This document shows positions 19,314-29,221 of a DNA stretch of 64,000 bases, piece after piece. The translations under genes and the position numbers were made by a program. The stretch's first letter is position 1, and every line of letters starts with the position of its first letter. The DNA is from an uncultured Dehalococcoidales bacterium (GTDB taxonomy: Bacteria; Chloroflexota; Dehalococcoidia; Dehalococcoidales; CAZFRL01): positions 13,383 to 77,382 of the forward strand of contig CAZFRL010000001.1 of assembly GCA_964521325.1 (NCBI GenBank). The letters are read 5' to 3'. Under the pieces are notes generated by a model, which worked only from the letters and a program-made list of their open reading frames with translations, had not been told where the DNA came from and made no database searches.

Positions 19314-19871
19314 TCAACCAATCCTTTCTAGGTAGCTACCACTACGAGTATCAACCTTGATAGTATCCCCGTTATTAATAAACACGGGAACCTGAATAGT
19401 GATACCGGTCTCCACTTTAGCTGGTTTGGTACCGGCCGTCGCCGTATCCCCCTTAAAACCAGGGCCGGTATCAGTTACCTTAAGCTCAACAGTAATGGGT
19501 AATTCTACCCCTAATAGCTCACCCTTATAGCTCGATATCTCCACAGACATGCCTTCTTTCAAGTAGTTGAGGGCGTCACCTAATTGGCTGGCATTAAGGG
19601 GTGTCTGTTCAAAACTTTCCTCGTCCATGAAATAATATAGGTCACCATCATTGTAGAGATACTGCATACTGCGATAGTCGAGGCGTGCCTTAGTAAACTT
19701 CTCGTCAGACTGGAAGGTTCGTTCAATACTATGCCCGGCTTGGATATCACGAAGCTTTACCCGAGCCAAGGCGGTTCGCTTCATCTTGACATGCTGGTAG
19801 TCAACAACCTGATACAGCTTACCTTCCTGTTCAATGATAACCCCTTTCCTCAGTTCACTGCCACTAATCAT
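19314..19871 (-). CDS. efp: Elongation factor P
   Basis: 185 aa; the KPG-loop region of EF-P reads HVKMKRTALARVKLRD here, followed by GDTIKVDTRSGSYLER. Confidence 0.95.
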   Translation of the reverse strand: MISGSELRKGVIIEQEGKLYQVVDYQHVKMKRTALARVKLRDIQAGHSIERTFQSDEKFTKARLDYRSMQYLYNDGDLYYFMDEESFEQTPLNASQLGDALNYLKEGMSVEISSYKGELLGVELPITVELKVTDTGPGFKGDTATAGTKPAKVETGITIQVPVFINNGDTIKVDTRSGSYLERIG

Positions 19872-19872
19872 G

Positions 19873-20946
19873 TCAAATTCTCCTCGCTTTCGAAAGTATT
19901 CTGGCTTTACCGCCTTCCATTACAAATAAATCCTCAATTCTCACTCCTCCCCAACCGGCAAGATAGATACCGGGCTCAATAGTAAACACCATGCCATCAA
20001 CAAGTTGGTCCAATGATCTTGGACCAAGGCGTGGCTGCTCATGAGGGGCTAGCCCAATGCCATGCCCCAAGCTGTGGCCAAAGGCTTCACCATAGCCTGC
20101 CTGCTCAATAACTGTCCTGGCTAGGTTATCCGCCTCCTCGCCGTTCATTCCCGCCTTAACCGTAGCCATGGCTGCTTGCTGTGCCCTTAGGACAGTATCA
20201 TATATCTGGTTAAAGGTATCATCAGGAGTATCAAGGCAGATAGTCCGGCTCAGGTCACTGGAGTAACCCCCGTGACTGGCGCCAATATCGATTATTATCG
20301 GCTCACCGGAATGAATGGCACGCTGGGAAGGTTTGGCATGGGGTAAAGCCGAGTTTGGGCCTGAGGCAGCAATAATATCAAAGGGCGTTGTCTCGCTACC
20401 TTGCTCACGCATGAATTTCTCTATCTCCCAGGCTATCTCTTTCTCTTTCATACCAGTATGAATTATATCTTGAATGTATTCAAAAGCACTGTCACTTATC
20501 GCCACGGCTTTAGTAATAAGCTTAATCTCCTCTGGCTCTTTTATTGCCCTGAGGGATTCTACCAGCCCATATGTAGGAACGAGTTCGAGCTTGGATTGGG
20601 CTTTATTCAATATATCAGTTAACTGCCGATGCTCGGCAAAGGTGATATGTTCGGCTTCAAATCCCAGTCGCTTCAACCCCAGGTCAGTTACCAGTTTAGG
20701 CAACCAGTCTCCTATATCATTAGTTATCCGGAGAACCTTATAGTCAGGGGCTTGCCTTTTGGCTTGCTCGATGTAGCGGAAGTCGGTAGCTAAAATCGTG
20801 TTTTGTGGTGTAATCAGTAAGTAGCCTGACGAGCCATCGAAGCCGGAAAGGTAGCGTCTGTTCTCTGGCTGAGAGATGAGAATTGCGTCAATCTCCTTTT
20901 CCGCCAGTTTTTGACGCAGCCTCTGTAGCCTGTTATTTATCTTCAA
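19873..20946 (-). CDS. pepP: Xaa-Pro aminopeptidase (M24B)
   Basis: DIGASHGGYSSDLSRT, HSLGHGIGL and EPGIY metal-ligand motifs; classic pepP-efp adjacency. Confidence 0.85.
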   Translation of the reverse strand: MKINNRLQRLRQKLAEKEIDAILISQPENRRYLSGFDGSSGYLLITPQNTILATDFRYIEQAKRQAPDYKVLRITNDIGDWLPKLVTDLGLKRLGFEAEHITFAEHRQLTDILNKAQSKLELVPTYGLVESLRAIKEPEEIKLITKAVAISDSAFEYIQDIIHTGMKEKEIAWEIEKFMREQGSETTPFDIIAASGPNSALPHAKPSQRAIHSGEPIIIDIGASHGGYSSDLSRTICLDTPDDTFNQIYDTVLRAQQAAMATVKAGMNGEEADNLARTVIEQAGYGEAFGHSLGHGIGLAPHEQPRLGPRSLDQLVDGMVFTIEPGIYLAGWGGVRIEDLFVMEGGKARILSKARRI

Positions 20947-21850
20947 GGTTGTTTTCCTTTTTCTGTGCCATGGGGTGGGCTGCTAGATATACCTTTCTCG
21001 CCTGGCTTTTACTTACATGAGTATAAATCTGGGTAGAGGATAGATTGGCATGCCCCAGAAGCTCCTGAACCACCCTTAAATCAGCTCCTCCGTCAAGGAG
21101 ATGTGTGGCAAAGGTATGACGCAACAGGTGGGGGTGAACCCTCTTACTTATACCGGCTATACTGGCATATTTCTCTAATATCCTTTGCACCCTCCGTTCT
21201 ATAAGGCGCTGCCCATAGCGATTAAGGAACAGGGCATTGCTCCTTTTTTCAGCTAAGAGCCTGGGTCTGCCCTGACTGAGGTAGGTAATGAGGGCGGTGG
21301 CGGCTGGCTTACCCATCAGCACCACCCGCTCCTTAGACCCCTTGCCCCAGACGCGGATTTCACAGGTTTCAAGATTAACCTGCTCCAGTTTCAGGTTCGC
21401 CAGTTCACTTACCCTGAGACCGGAGGCATAGAGTAGCTCAATTAAAGCCCGGTCGCGCTGCCCCTGTGGCGTAGATAAATCAGGGGCTTCCAGAAGTCGG
21501 TTTATCTCTTCGGCAGTAAGGAAGGAGGGTAAGCGCTTATCCAGCTTGGGTGAAGAGGTAGTTGCTACCGGGCTGGTGGCTATCATTTCCTCTCGAAGCA
21601 GGTAGCGGTAGAAGGAACGAATCGCTGACAGCTTGCGGGCAATGCTTGCCTTGACAAAGCCCTGCTCCATAAGCCGGGACAGATAATCACGCAACACATG
21701 CCTATCTACCTTCTTCAGTGAATCAATTTTCTTCTCTCTGAGAAACTGGAAAAAGTCCAGCAAATCAGTGGTATAATTCCGCACCGTATAGGGTGAAGCA
21801 TTCCGCTCCGCCTCAAGGTAATTTACGTATTTATTAAAGACTTCTTGCAT
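20933..21850 (-). CDS. xerC: Tyrosine recombinase XerC/XerD
   Basis: ASGLRVSEL, HLLRHTFATHLL and LLGHANLSSTQIYTHV catalytic motifs. Confidence 0.85.
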   Translation of the reverse strand: MQEVFNKYVNYLEAERNASPYTVRNYTTDLLDFFQFLREKKIDSLKKVDRHVLRDYLSRLMEQGFVKASIARKLSAIRSFYRYLLREEMIATSPVATTSSPKLDKRLPSFLTAEEINRLLEAPDLSTPQGQRDRALIELLYASGLRVSELANLKLEQVNLETCEIRVWGKGSKERVVLMGKPAATALITYLSQGRPRLLAEKRSNALFLNRYGQRLIERRVQRILEKYASIAGISKRVHPHLLRHTFATHLLDGGADLRVVQELLGHANLSSTQIYTHVSKSQARKVYLAAHPMAQKKENNLEDK

Positions 21851-21867
21851 AATAACCTTAGCAAATT

Positions 21868-22857
21868 CTATGTTAACTTTGCTATCTTATTACCCCATGG
21901 AGCATCTTTGGGAACATGGAAAGGGTTACTAACGATTCCCTTAATAATTGGGGTGCTTGGGTCTTGTGGATTTATAGCTTGTACATAAAAAATAAGCTGA
22001 AAATTCCGATTATTACTGTCGCCGAAACTATCGTCTAGTTCCATACCGGCGTTGTAACTTTCTATAATCCATCTGATTCGCTGTGGGGTAGTTTGAGTAA
22101 CCTGAAATGGCGACTCCAGTCCCTCTGGTTCTAAGACGTGATATGAGGGTAAACTGAGATATCCATCTTTATAAGAGGCTTTTTCCCATCCCCATTGTCT
22201 TATTCTGAGTGACATGAATTCGATGATGATTGGTTGCTGACTAGTATTGAGGATAAGAACAGTCCATTCAATTCTATAAGGATATCTTTGATTATTATAC
22301 GTCAGCTCCCCTGTTATTGGAGTTTCTGCGGATCTCAAGAGTATCTGTGAATCAAAAAGAAGTCTATGTTCAGTTTGCCGTAGCTTGTATTGCTGGTAAG
22401 CAAATACCGCTAAAGCGATGCCAGTTAGTAATGCTGCAATAGCAGCAAAAGCGGTGAAGAATGCTTGATAGCCCTGAGGTGTAGGTGGTAACTGCCTTGC
22501 AACAAAGATGAGACCTATAACAACGGCCACTAAGATTAGTAGCCCTATTGAAATCCATCTATTACGACCAGACTGCTCCATGTGCGTAAGTACTGCTGTG
22601 TTGTCCTGCTGGTTACTGTGTCTTCGAGTGGAGCGACTGCGGGCATCAGAAACTAGTACTATTAGCCCGGCAATGAGGAAAAGGATTAATGCAATCAATA
22701 GCCAGAAACGAGTATTCTCGGGCATGAGAGATAGGACATTAACAACGGTCAATATCGCTAGAATCATCCCAAAAATCCACGTGAAAAACCTGGCCCAAGT
22801 CTCAACCACTCGAGGAAGTTTATTCATGATAAAGTCTTTAGGTATCTTAAACCTCAC
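21868..22857 (-). CDS. Hypothetical membrane protein (about 4 TM plus a C-terminal soluble domain)
   Basis: Long ORF tightly packed between topA (6-nt gap) and xerC (17-nt gap). Hydrophobic helices in the first ~170 aa; no recognisable motif. Confidence 0.5.
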   Translation of the reverse strand: MRFKIPKDFIMNKLPRVVETWARFFTWIFGMILAILTVVNVLSLMPENTRFWLLIALILFLIAGLIVLVSDARSRSTRRHSNQQDNTAVLTHMEQSGRNRWISIGLLILVAVVIGLIFVARQLPPTPQGYQAFFTAFAAIAALLTGIALAVFAYQQYKLRQTEHRLLFDSQILLRSAETPITGELTYNNQRYPYRIEWTVLILNTSQQPIIIEFMSLRIRQWGWEKASYKDGYLSLPSYHVLEPEGLESPFQVTQTTPQRIRWIIESYNAGMELDDSFGDSNNRNFQLIFYVQAINPQDPSTPIIKGIVSNPFHVPKDAPWGNKIAKLT

Positions 22858-22863
22858 AAACTA

Positions 22864-24987
22864 TCACCTCAATTTTACTGCTTCTTTTTCTGCCACCTTC
22901 CCTTTATAGCTGCATTTGGTGCATTTGGCCCAGTTTTTTCGGTATTGGGTGAGCAGTCCGCCGCATTTGGGGCAGGGCTGGGGGAGGGGTCTAAAATTGG
23001 TGGCAAACTGGCAATTCGGGTAATTGCTACAACCATAAAAGGTGCGCTTCTTTTTGTTTAGTCTTTCTATCAGCTCACTACCACACTCAGGGCACTTAAC
23101 ACCGAGCTTAATCTGAAACGGTTTGGTAGATTTGCACTCAGGATAACCGCTACAGGCTAGGAATTTCCCGTAGCGCCCAAATTTGATTACCATCGGCTTA
23201 CCGCATTTTGGGCAAATTTCCTCGGTTACCTCATCGGCTAACTGTACCTTTTCCATAAGCCGGGAGGCATTTTTAAGATTTTCCTCAAAGGGAGTATAGA
23301 AATCTTGAACAGTGAGCACCCAGTCTCTATTATTGTTGGCTATTTCATCTAGTTCATCTTCCATGTGGGCGGTGAACTCAATGTCAACGATGTCAGAGAA
23401 ATGCTTGTTGAGTAAGTCATTAACCACAATTCCCAGCTCGGTCGGCTGAAAGCTGCCCCCGGTCTTGGTGACATAACCACGCTCTTGAATGGTGGACAGG
23501 ATGGGGGCATAGGTGCTGGGACGCCCGATACCCCATTGCTCTAGCATTTTAATCAGGGTGGCTTCGGTGAAACGGGGCGGGGGCTGGGTAAAATGCTGCT
23601 CCGGGAAAAGCCCCAGAAGCTCAAGTTTATCGCCTTTTTCCAACTGGGGGAGCAGCGAGCTTTTCTTTTCCTCCTCGGCTTCGTCTTTGCCCTCAGTATA
23701 AAGAATCATGAAGCCGGGAAACCGGCTCACCGAGCGGGAAGTCCTGAATAGATAGTCGGATTTAGAAATCGGGCATTTGGCTTTAATGTCAACAGTAGTG
23801 TTATCAAATATAGCCGCTGCCATCTGGCTGGCTACCATTCGTTTCCAGATAAGCTCATACAGCTTAAACTGGGCAGTAGTAAGGTGAGGTTTGATTAGTG
23901 ATGGCTCCCGCCGAACCTTAGTTGGTCGAATAGCTTCGTGAGCTTCCTGTGCCCATTTGGTACTTCTGACAAAGGAGCGGGCGTGTGGCGGAAGAAATTG
24001 AGAGCCGTATTTATTACTGATAAATTCTCTGGTTTCAACTATAGCCGAGCGGGCTACCCGAGTAGAATCGGTGCGCATATAGGTAATAAGCCCTACCCTT
24101 CCCTCGTTGCCTATGGGCAGACCTTCATATAGCTGTTGAGCCACAGCCATAGTCTGCTTGGTGGTGAAGCCGAGCTTACGCCAGGATTCCTGTTGTAAGG
24201 TGCTGGTGATAAATGGTGGGGGTGGCTGGCGGGTAACTTTTTTGGTCATTACTTTAATAACACTGTAGCTGGCTGGTTTAAGCTCGTCACTGAGCTCATT
24301 GGCTTGTTCCTGGGTATGAATATCCAGCTTTGTGCCATCGATAAGACCAATAAGCATAGCTCGGAAGGCTACTGCCCCAGCAGCTATTTCCTTGGCTAGC
24401 TCAGCCTCAATAGTCCAGTATTCTACGGGGATAAATTTCTCAATTTCCCGCTCTCGGTCAACAATAATCTTTAACGCCACCGACTGAACTCTGCCTGCGG
24501 AGAGACCCCTTCTTACCTTCTGCCAGAGCAGGGGGCTAATCTTATACCCGACTAACCTGTCCAGAATACGCCGGGCTTGCTGGGCATTGACTAATTGCAT
24601 GTCTATAGAACGAGGATGCTTAAAGGCATGTTCAATAGCCTCTTTGGTTATTTCGTGAAAGACGACACGGCGGTAGGGTATCCGATTATGTTTTGTCACC
24701 TCAGCTAGATGCCAGGAGATGGCTTCTCCCTCGCGGTCCGGGTCTGTGGCTAGATATACGGTGGAGGCGGTTTTAGCTGCATTTTTAAGCTCATTTACAA
24801 CCTTGGTTTTCTGCCTGGGAACCACATATTTGGGGGCAAAGCCATTTTCTATATCTACCCCTAATCGACTCTTGGGCAGGTCTCTGACATGTCCCACGGA
24901 GGATTTAAGGCTGTAGTTTTTGCCCAAAATCTTGCCCAGCGTCCTTGCCTTAGCCGGTGACTCAACTATGACCAGATTTTTCTTCAT
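22864..24987 (-). CDS. topA: DNA topoisomerase I with C-terminal Zn-ribbon repeats
   Basis: Toprim start LVIVESPAKA, DPDREGEAI, and several CPKCG...C..YPEC zinc ribbons. Confidence 0.95.
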   Translation of the reverse strand: MKKNLVIVESPAKARTLGKILGKNYSLKSSVGHVRDLPKSRLGVDIENGFAPKYVVPRQKTKVVNELKNAAKTASTVYLATDPDREGEAISWHLAEVTKHNRIPYRRVVFHEITKEAIEHAFKHPRSIDMQLVNAQQARRILDRLVGYKISPLLWQKVRRGLSAGRVQSVALKIIVDREREIEKFIPVEYWTIEAELAKEIAAGAVAFRAMLIGLIDGTKLDIHTQEQANELSDELKPASYSVIKVMTKKVTRQPPPPFITSTLQQESWRKLGFTTKQTMAVAQQLYEGLPIGNEGRVGLITYMRTDSTRVARSAIVETREFISNKYGSQFLPPHARSFVRSTKWAQEAHEAIRPTKVRREPSLIKPHLTTAQFKLYELIWKRMVASQMAAAIFDNTTVDIKAKCPISKSDYLFRTSRSVSRFPGFMILYTEGKDEAEEEKKSSLLPQLEKGDKLELLGLFPEQHFTQPPPRFTEATLIKMLEQWGIGRPSTYAPILSTIQERGYVTKTGGSFQPTELGIVVNDLLNKHFSDIVDIEFTAHMEDELDEIANNNRDWVLTVQDFYTPFEENLKNASRLMEKVQLADEVTEEICPKCGKPMVIKFGRYGKFLACSGYPECKSTKPFQIKLGVKCPECGSELIERLNKKKRTFYGCSNYPNCQFATNFRPLPQPCPKCGGLLTQYRKNWAKCTKCSYKGKVAEKEAVKLR

Positions 24988-24991
24988 CGCC

Positions 24992-26122
24992 TTAATCTAC
25001 TTTCACCCTGTATTCCTGCCTGGCTTCCCGCGCCAGAACGTAGTTCATAGGTGTTACTTGCTTTACCAAGCCCTTAAGCTCCATCATGGCCAGAGTGCTG
25101 CTGACTGTGGGTATAGGCAAGCCACTGCTGCGGCAGACCTCATCGATGTGGGTAGGCTCAGCACCTAGCTGCTTTAGTAACAGGGACTCGGTATCCGAGG
25201 AGGGGATAATCTCCTTCATTTCTATCTGGCGAGCTACAGCCGTCAGGTTCAATTCTTCTAGAATATCAGTGTAGTCATCAACTAGCTTGGCTTCTCCTTG
25301 CTGGATAAGGTGATTAGTCCCGTTACTGGCTGGTGATAAAATACTGCCCGGAATAGCAAATACCTCCCTGTTTTGCTCCAGTGCCAGATGAGCGGTAATC
25401 ATTGCCCCGCTGGTCTTACCAGCCTCAGTTACCAGAACTCCCAGGCTCATCCCGCTCATTATTCGATTACGCCGGGGGAAATTATCAGCCCTGGGTTTGG
25501 TACCCAGGGGATACTCGCTTATCACAGCCCCCTGCTGAATAATACTGCGTGCCAGATTGGCATTCTCACCGGGGTAGACAATATCAAGCCCGCAGGCAAA
25601 CACAGCAATAGTTCTGCCACCGGCGTCTAAAGCACTACGGTGGGCTACTGAATCAATCCCTTTAGCCAGGCCGCTTACAATAGTAATTTTATTTTGAGCC
25701 AGGTCAGTCACTATCTCCTCAGTCACCTGTTTCCCGTAGACAGTAGCCCGGCGGGTGCCGACCACTGCCAGGCACCACTCATCCTCAGGGAGCAGGGAGC
25801 CCCTGACATAGAGTAGCGGTGGATAATCATATATCTCCTTGAGCCGGGATGGGTAATTCGGGTCATTCCGGGTAAGCACTTTAGCCCCGTAGCGGTCTAG
25901 CTTTTCCATCTCTGCCTCTAGCGAAATCTTGGGTCGCCACGAGGTAATGGCATTTATTGAATTGCTATCCAGACCGGCGTGCTTCAAATCAGCCGGGGCA
26001 GCCTGCCACGCCTCCTCCAGATTGGCAAAGTAGTTCTCAAGCTGGGTTAATTTAACCCGACCAATGCCCGGGATAAGACTAAAGCCCACCCGGTATTTAA
26101 TGTCCTGGTTACTCACTTTCAA
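24992..26122 (-). CDS. dprA: DNA-processing protein DprA
   Basis: VSGLAKGIDSVAHR and Rossmann-like DprA core; upstream of topA as in many bacteria. Confidence 0.9.
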   Translation of the reverse strand: MKVSNQDIKYRVGFSLIPGIGRVKLTQLENYFANLEEAWQAAPADLKHAGLDSNSINAITSWRPKISLEAEMEKLDRYGAKVLTRNDPNYPSRLKEIYDYPPLLYVRGSLLPEDEWCLAVVGTRRATVYGKQVTEEIVTDLAQNKITIVSGLAKGIDSVAHRSALDAGGRTIAVFACGLDIVYPGENANLARSIIQQGAVISEYPLGTKPRADNFPRRNRIMSGMSLGVLVTEAGKTSGAMITAHLALEQNREVFAIPGSILSPASNGTNHLIQQGEAKLVDDYTDILEELNLTAVARQIEMKEIIPSSDTESLLLKQLGAEPTHIDEVCRSSGLPIPTVSSTLAMMELKGLVKQVTPMNYVLAREARQEYRVKVD

Positions 26123-26160
26123 AGTAATGCCATTCTAGCATAGAGGCAAATTGAGGGCAA

Positions 26161-26190
26161 TTGATAGAGCTTGTTGCGAAACTCTAAAAT
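26161..26190 (+). promoter_or_regulatory. Possible sigma70 promoter for 26224 ORF
   Basis: TTGATA (26161-26166), 18 nt, TAAAAT (26185-26190). Confidence 0.35.
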
Positions 26191-26223
26191 GAAGATGCAG
26201 AGAAGATGTGATAGAATTGGGGC

Positions 26224-26727
26224 ATGTCTTACCATGCAAAAGAGTGGGCAGGTCCAGGAATTCTGGCTATTGTCGCACTGGGGTTTCAGGTGAGTCCAAT
26301 AGAGAGTATGCTGATTGCTATTGTGCTTTGGTCAATAGCGGCTTTGTGGGCAATACTTGTGCTTATTCGTTGGCCACCTATATGGCTAAGATTGGCTTTT
26401 GTAAAAATAGAAGTTCAAGGCAATGGCATTAGGGGGGTCTATCCGCCACTTCCTGATAATCTGATATATGGAAAGATGGAGCCATTAGAAGTTAAATTCA
26501 ACTTGTCCTCTAAGTTAAGGGTGCAATTAGACTATGCTAAATTATGCATAGATAATAATGTCTTTGGTTCCCACACTTTTCGTCACGAGGCAGGAAGAAT
26601 TTCTGGCGCTATCTTTGAGATTCCAATTAATTGGTTTAAGAGCAAATCAAGAAAGGCTTATATAATCGTGTCGGCTAAGGGCAGAGAATGGCGTTCACAA
26701 GAGTTTGAAATCAGGGTGGATGACTAA
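26224..26727 (+). CDS. Hypothetical membrane protein (2 TM plus small C-terminal domain)
   Basis: ORF with hydrophobic N-terminus and no recognisable motif. Lies just outside the tRNA-Ser 3' fragment. Confidence 0.4.
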   Translation: MSYHAKEWAGPGILAIVALGFQVSPIESMLIAIVLWSIAALWAILVLIRWPPIWLRLAFVKIEVQGNGIRGVYPPLPDNLIYGKMEPLEVKFNLSSKLRVQLDYAKLCIDNNVFGSHTFRHEAGRISGAIFEIPINWFKSKSRKAYIIVSAKGREWRSQEFEIRVDD

Positions 26728-26837
26728 AGTGAAAGGGCATTACATTGTTCCCAAGTTGCAGCATAAACACATTGCCTAACCAAGAATACTTGATTACTGG
26801 TAGTACTACGCAAGGCTTGTGCTTGGATAATAATGGG

Positions 26838-26885
26838 TGGCGGAGAGGGTGGGATTCGAACCCACGCTCCGCTAAATGCGGAGAC
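26838..26885 (-). pseudogene. 3'-half fragment of tRNA-Ser (att-like direct repeat of the tRNA-Ser(CGA) 3' end)
   Basis: 48 nt (TGGCGGAGAGGGTGGGATTCGAACCCACGCTCCGCTAAATGCGGAGAC) match 41667-41714 with one mismatch. They cover CCA, acceptor 3' strand, T-arm and variable arm. No 5' acceptor strand (GGAGAGG) or anticodon arm follows. Confidence 0.75.
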
Positions 26886-26976
26886 TTAGTTAAAAACCCA
26901 GCTACTAAGCATTTTTGCCTAGTGTGCACGCCAGAATTAATTCATTTTGCTTACGCTGTGATGAGACACGTCTTTA

Positions 26977-27005
26977 TTGAAGGGTTAAGTAAAGTGGGTT
27001 ATAAT
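26977..27005 (+). promoter_or_regulatory. sigma70-type promoter for the response regulator/kinase operon
   Basis: TTGAAG (26977-26982), 17 nt, TATAAT (27000-27005). Confidence 0.5.
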
Positions 27006-27032
27006 TGAATTAGGGTAATAGCCAAGGATGTT

Positions 27033-27698
27033 ATGGATAAGATCAAGATTTTGCTGGCTGAAGACCACATCATAGTCCGGGAAGGTAGCCACGAGCTGGT
27101 GGAGAAGGAACTGGACATGGAAGTCGTTGGTGAAGCCGGCGACGGAGTGGAAGCAGTTGAGCTAGCTAACAAGCTCAAGCCGGATGTAATCATAATGGAT
27201 ATCGCAATGCCTAAGCTTAATGGCATAGAAGCTACCAAACAGATAAAGGCGCTTAACCCAGCTATGGCAGTGCTAGTACTTACTGCGTATGATAATGACC
27301 AGTACATTTTCGCTCTCCTGGAAGCTGGAGCAGCCGGCTATTTACTCAAGAATGCACGAGGACGTGAACTAATTGACGCTATTCGAGAAGTACATGCTGG
27401 TGAGTCAGTTCTTCACCCCACAATTGCCCGCAGGGTCATAGAGCGCCTAACCTCTCAGACATCCACTGGCACCCAGTCAAAAGGGACAGAGCCTCTTACT
27501 GAACGCGAGATGGAGGTATTGAAGTTAGCCGCCAAAGGTATAAGGAATAAAGATATCTCTGAGCAACTTTTCCTTAGCCCACGTACAGTTCAAGCCCATC
27601 TAGGAAGCATTTTTAACAAGCTGGGTGTTGCTTCGCGTACGGAGGCCGTATTATGCGCTTTAAGAAGAGGCTGGGTGGACCTGGAAAACCTTCCCTAA
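27033..27698 (+). CDS. NarL/FixJ-family response regulator (REC + LuxR HTH)
   Basis: ILLAEDH...DVIIMDIAMPKLNG receiver domain; C-terminal LTEREMEVLKLAAKGIRNKDISEQLFLSPRTVQAHL. Confidence 0.9.
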   Translation: MDKIKILLAEDHIIVREGSHELVEKELDMEVVGEAGDGVEAVELANKLKPDVIIMDIAMPKLNGIEATKQIKALNPAMAVLVLTAYDNDQYIFALLEAGAAGYLLKNARGRELIDAIREVHAGESVLHPTIARRVIERLTSQTSTGTQSKGTEPLTEREMEVLKLAAKGIRNKDISEQLFLSPRTVQAHLGSIFNKLGVASRTEAVLCALRRGWVDLENLP

Positions 27699-27711
27699 CC
27701 TTCAACCTTAT

Positions 27712-29196
27712 TTGAAGCGCTCAAAGGGCAATATGCAAACGGGTCTACATCTAGGAAGCCGAGCATCACGGACTATACGTAACACCCATTTCTGGATTGT
27801 GCTGGCACTATTTGCCATTGTTATAGTCCTACATTACCCGCAACAGATACTAAACACAGAGTCAGCATCTCTTTTCTCATTTATTGGTCTAACCAGACAC
27901 GCCCTAGAGCGGGTTCTTTTCCTGCTGCCGGTGACCTACGCCGGCTTTGTCTTTGGGATAAGGGCAGGGCTGGCTAGCTTAGCCGTGGCACTAATCATCA
28001 TGCTGCCTCGTGTTTTTCTAATCTCTCTACACCCCCCTGATGCTCTGCTTGAGACCTGTAGCATTATCGTCATTGGTGGTGTGGTGAACTTGTTGCTTCA
28101 GATGTACCGAAAGGAAAAGGAACGCTATCAACAAGCCCTTTCGGCAGTAGAAGCAGCCCACCAGGAATTGCAGAAGTCGCAGAAAAGCTATAAAGACTTA
28201 TTCGAGGATGCCTATGATGCTATTTGGGTTCACGACTTAGATGGTAACATTCAAGCAGCAAATAGAGCAGCCGCTAAGCTTACCGGCTATCCTCTGGAAG
28301 AATTGTTGAAAATGAATGTGAAGTCCTTTCTCAGTGATAAAACCCTAAGCTTAGCTAGAGAGGTAAAGGGTAAGCTAATTCAACACCAACCTATGGATCT
28401 TCCCTACGAGCAGATACTGATTAGGAAGGATGGCTCAGAAGCAATATGCATGATTACCACTAACTTGATTACCAGTGATGGTAAGCCAAAGGGTTTTCAA
28501 AATATTGCCAGAGATGTCACCGAAGAGAAACACATGCAAGAGAATCTGCGCTACTATCTACAGCACATTACCAAAGCTCAAGAAGAAGAGCGCTCACGCA
28601 TCGCCCGAGAGCTTCACGATGATACAGCTCAGGAACTAGTTGTACTATCACGTCGTTTGGATAGCTTTATTTCTACTGCTGATCACTTATCACCGCCAGA
28701 TATCACATATCTGGAGGATATGAGAGAGCAAACCGATAAGATATTGGATGAGGTGCATCGTTTTAGCCAAGACTTACGACCATCAGTGCTAGACGACTTA
28801 GGCCTCTTGCCCGCACTGGAATCGTTGACCTCTGACCTGACTGAGCACTTCGGCATAGTTATTGGTACGGGTATAGTCGGCCCTGTGTGCCGTCTCCCCC
28901 CCGAGACAGAGTTAGTACTGTTCCGCATTGCTCAGGAAGCATTGAGGAACGTGTGGAAGCACTCCCAAGCAACAAAAGCCTGGGTTACAGTAGAATTTAA
29001 GGATGATAGGGTCATTTTGAATATTAAAGATAATGGCGAGGGCTTTGCCTTACCACAGAGAGTGGGAGACCTACCCGGCGAGGGCAAACTTGGGCTAGCC
29101 GGGATGCAAGAGCGAGCGCGGCTCATTGGAGGTAATCTAACTATACAATCGGAGTTGGACAAAGGGACAACCATAACTGTTGAGGTATCGGTTTAG
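27712..29196 (+). CDS. Membrane PAS sensor histidine kinase (HisKA_3/NarX-DegS type)
   Basis: N-terminal TM helices, a PAS region (YKDLFEDAYDAIWVHDLDGN), the H-box ARELHDDTAQ and an HATPase_c end. The start may be the ATG at 27733 instead of the TTG at 27712. Confidence 0.85.
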   Translation: MKRSKGNMQTGLHLGSRASRTIRNTHFWIVLALFAIVIVLHYPQQILNTESASLFSFIGLTRHALERVLFLLPVTYAGFVFGIRAGLASLAVALIIMLPRVFLISLHPPDALLETCSIIVIGGVVNLLLQMYRKEKERYQQALSAVEAAHQELQKSQKSYKDLFEDAYDAIWVHDLDGNIQAANRAAAKLTGYPLEELLKMNVKSFLSDKTLSLAREVKGKLIQHQPMDLPYEQILIRKDGSEAICMITTNLITSDGKPKGFQNIARDVTEEKHMQENLRYYLQHITKAQEEERSRIARELHDDTAQELVVLSRRLDSFISTADHLSPPDITYLEDMREQTDKILDEVHRFSQDLRPSVLDDLGLLPALESLTSDLTEHFGIVIGTGIVGPVCRLPPETELVLFRIAQEALRNVWKHSQATKAWVTVEFKDDRVILNIKDNGEGFALPQRVGDLPGEGKLGLAGMQERARLIGGNLTIQSELDKGTTITVEVSV

Positions 29197-29221
29197 ACAA
29201 CCTCTGGCTCACTCAATTCCC

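Noticed and set aside
26838-26925. A third functional tRNA-Ser gene
   Set aside because: Only the CCA, acceptor 3' strand, T-arm and variable arm are present. Upstream sequence has no GGAGAGG 5' acceptor strand, D-arm or anticodon arm, so it is called a fragment.
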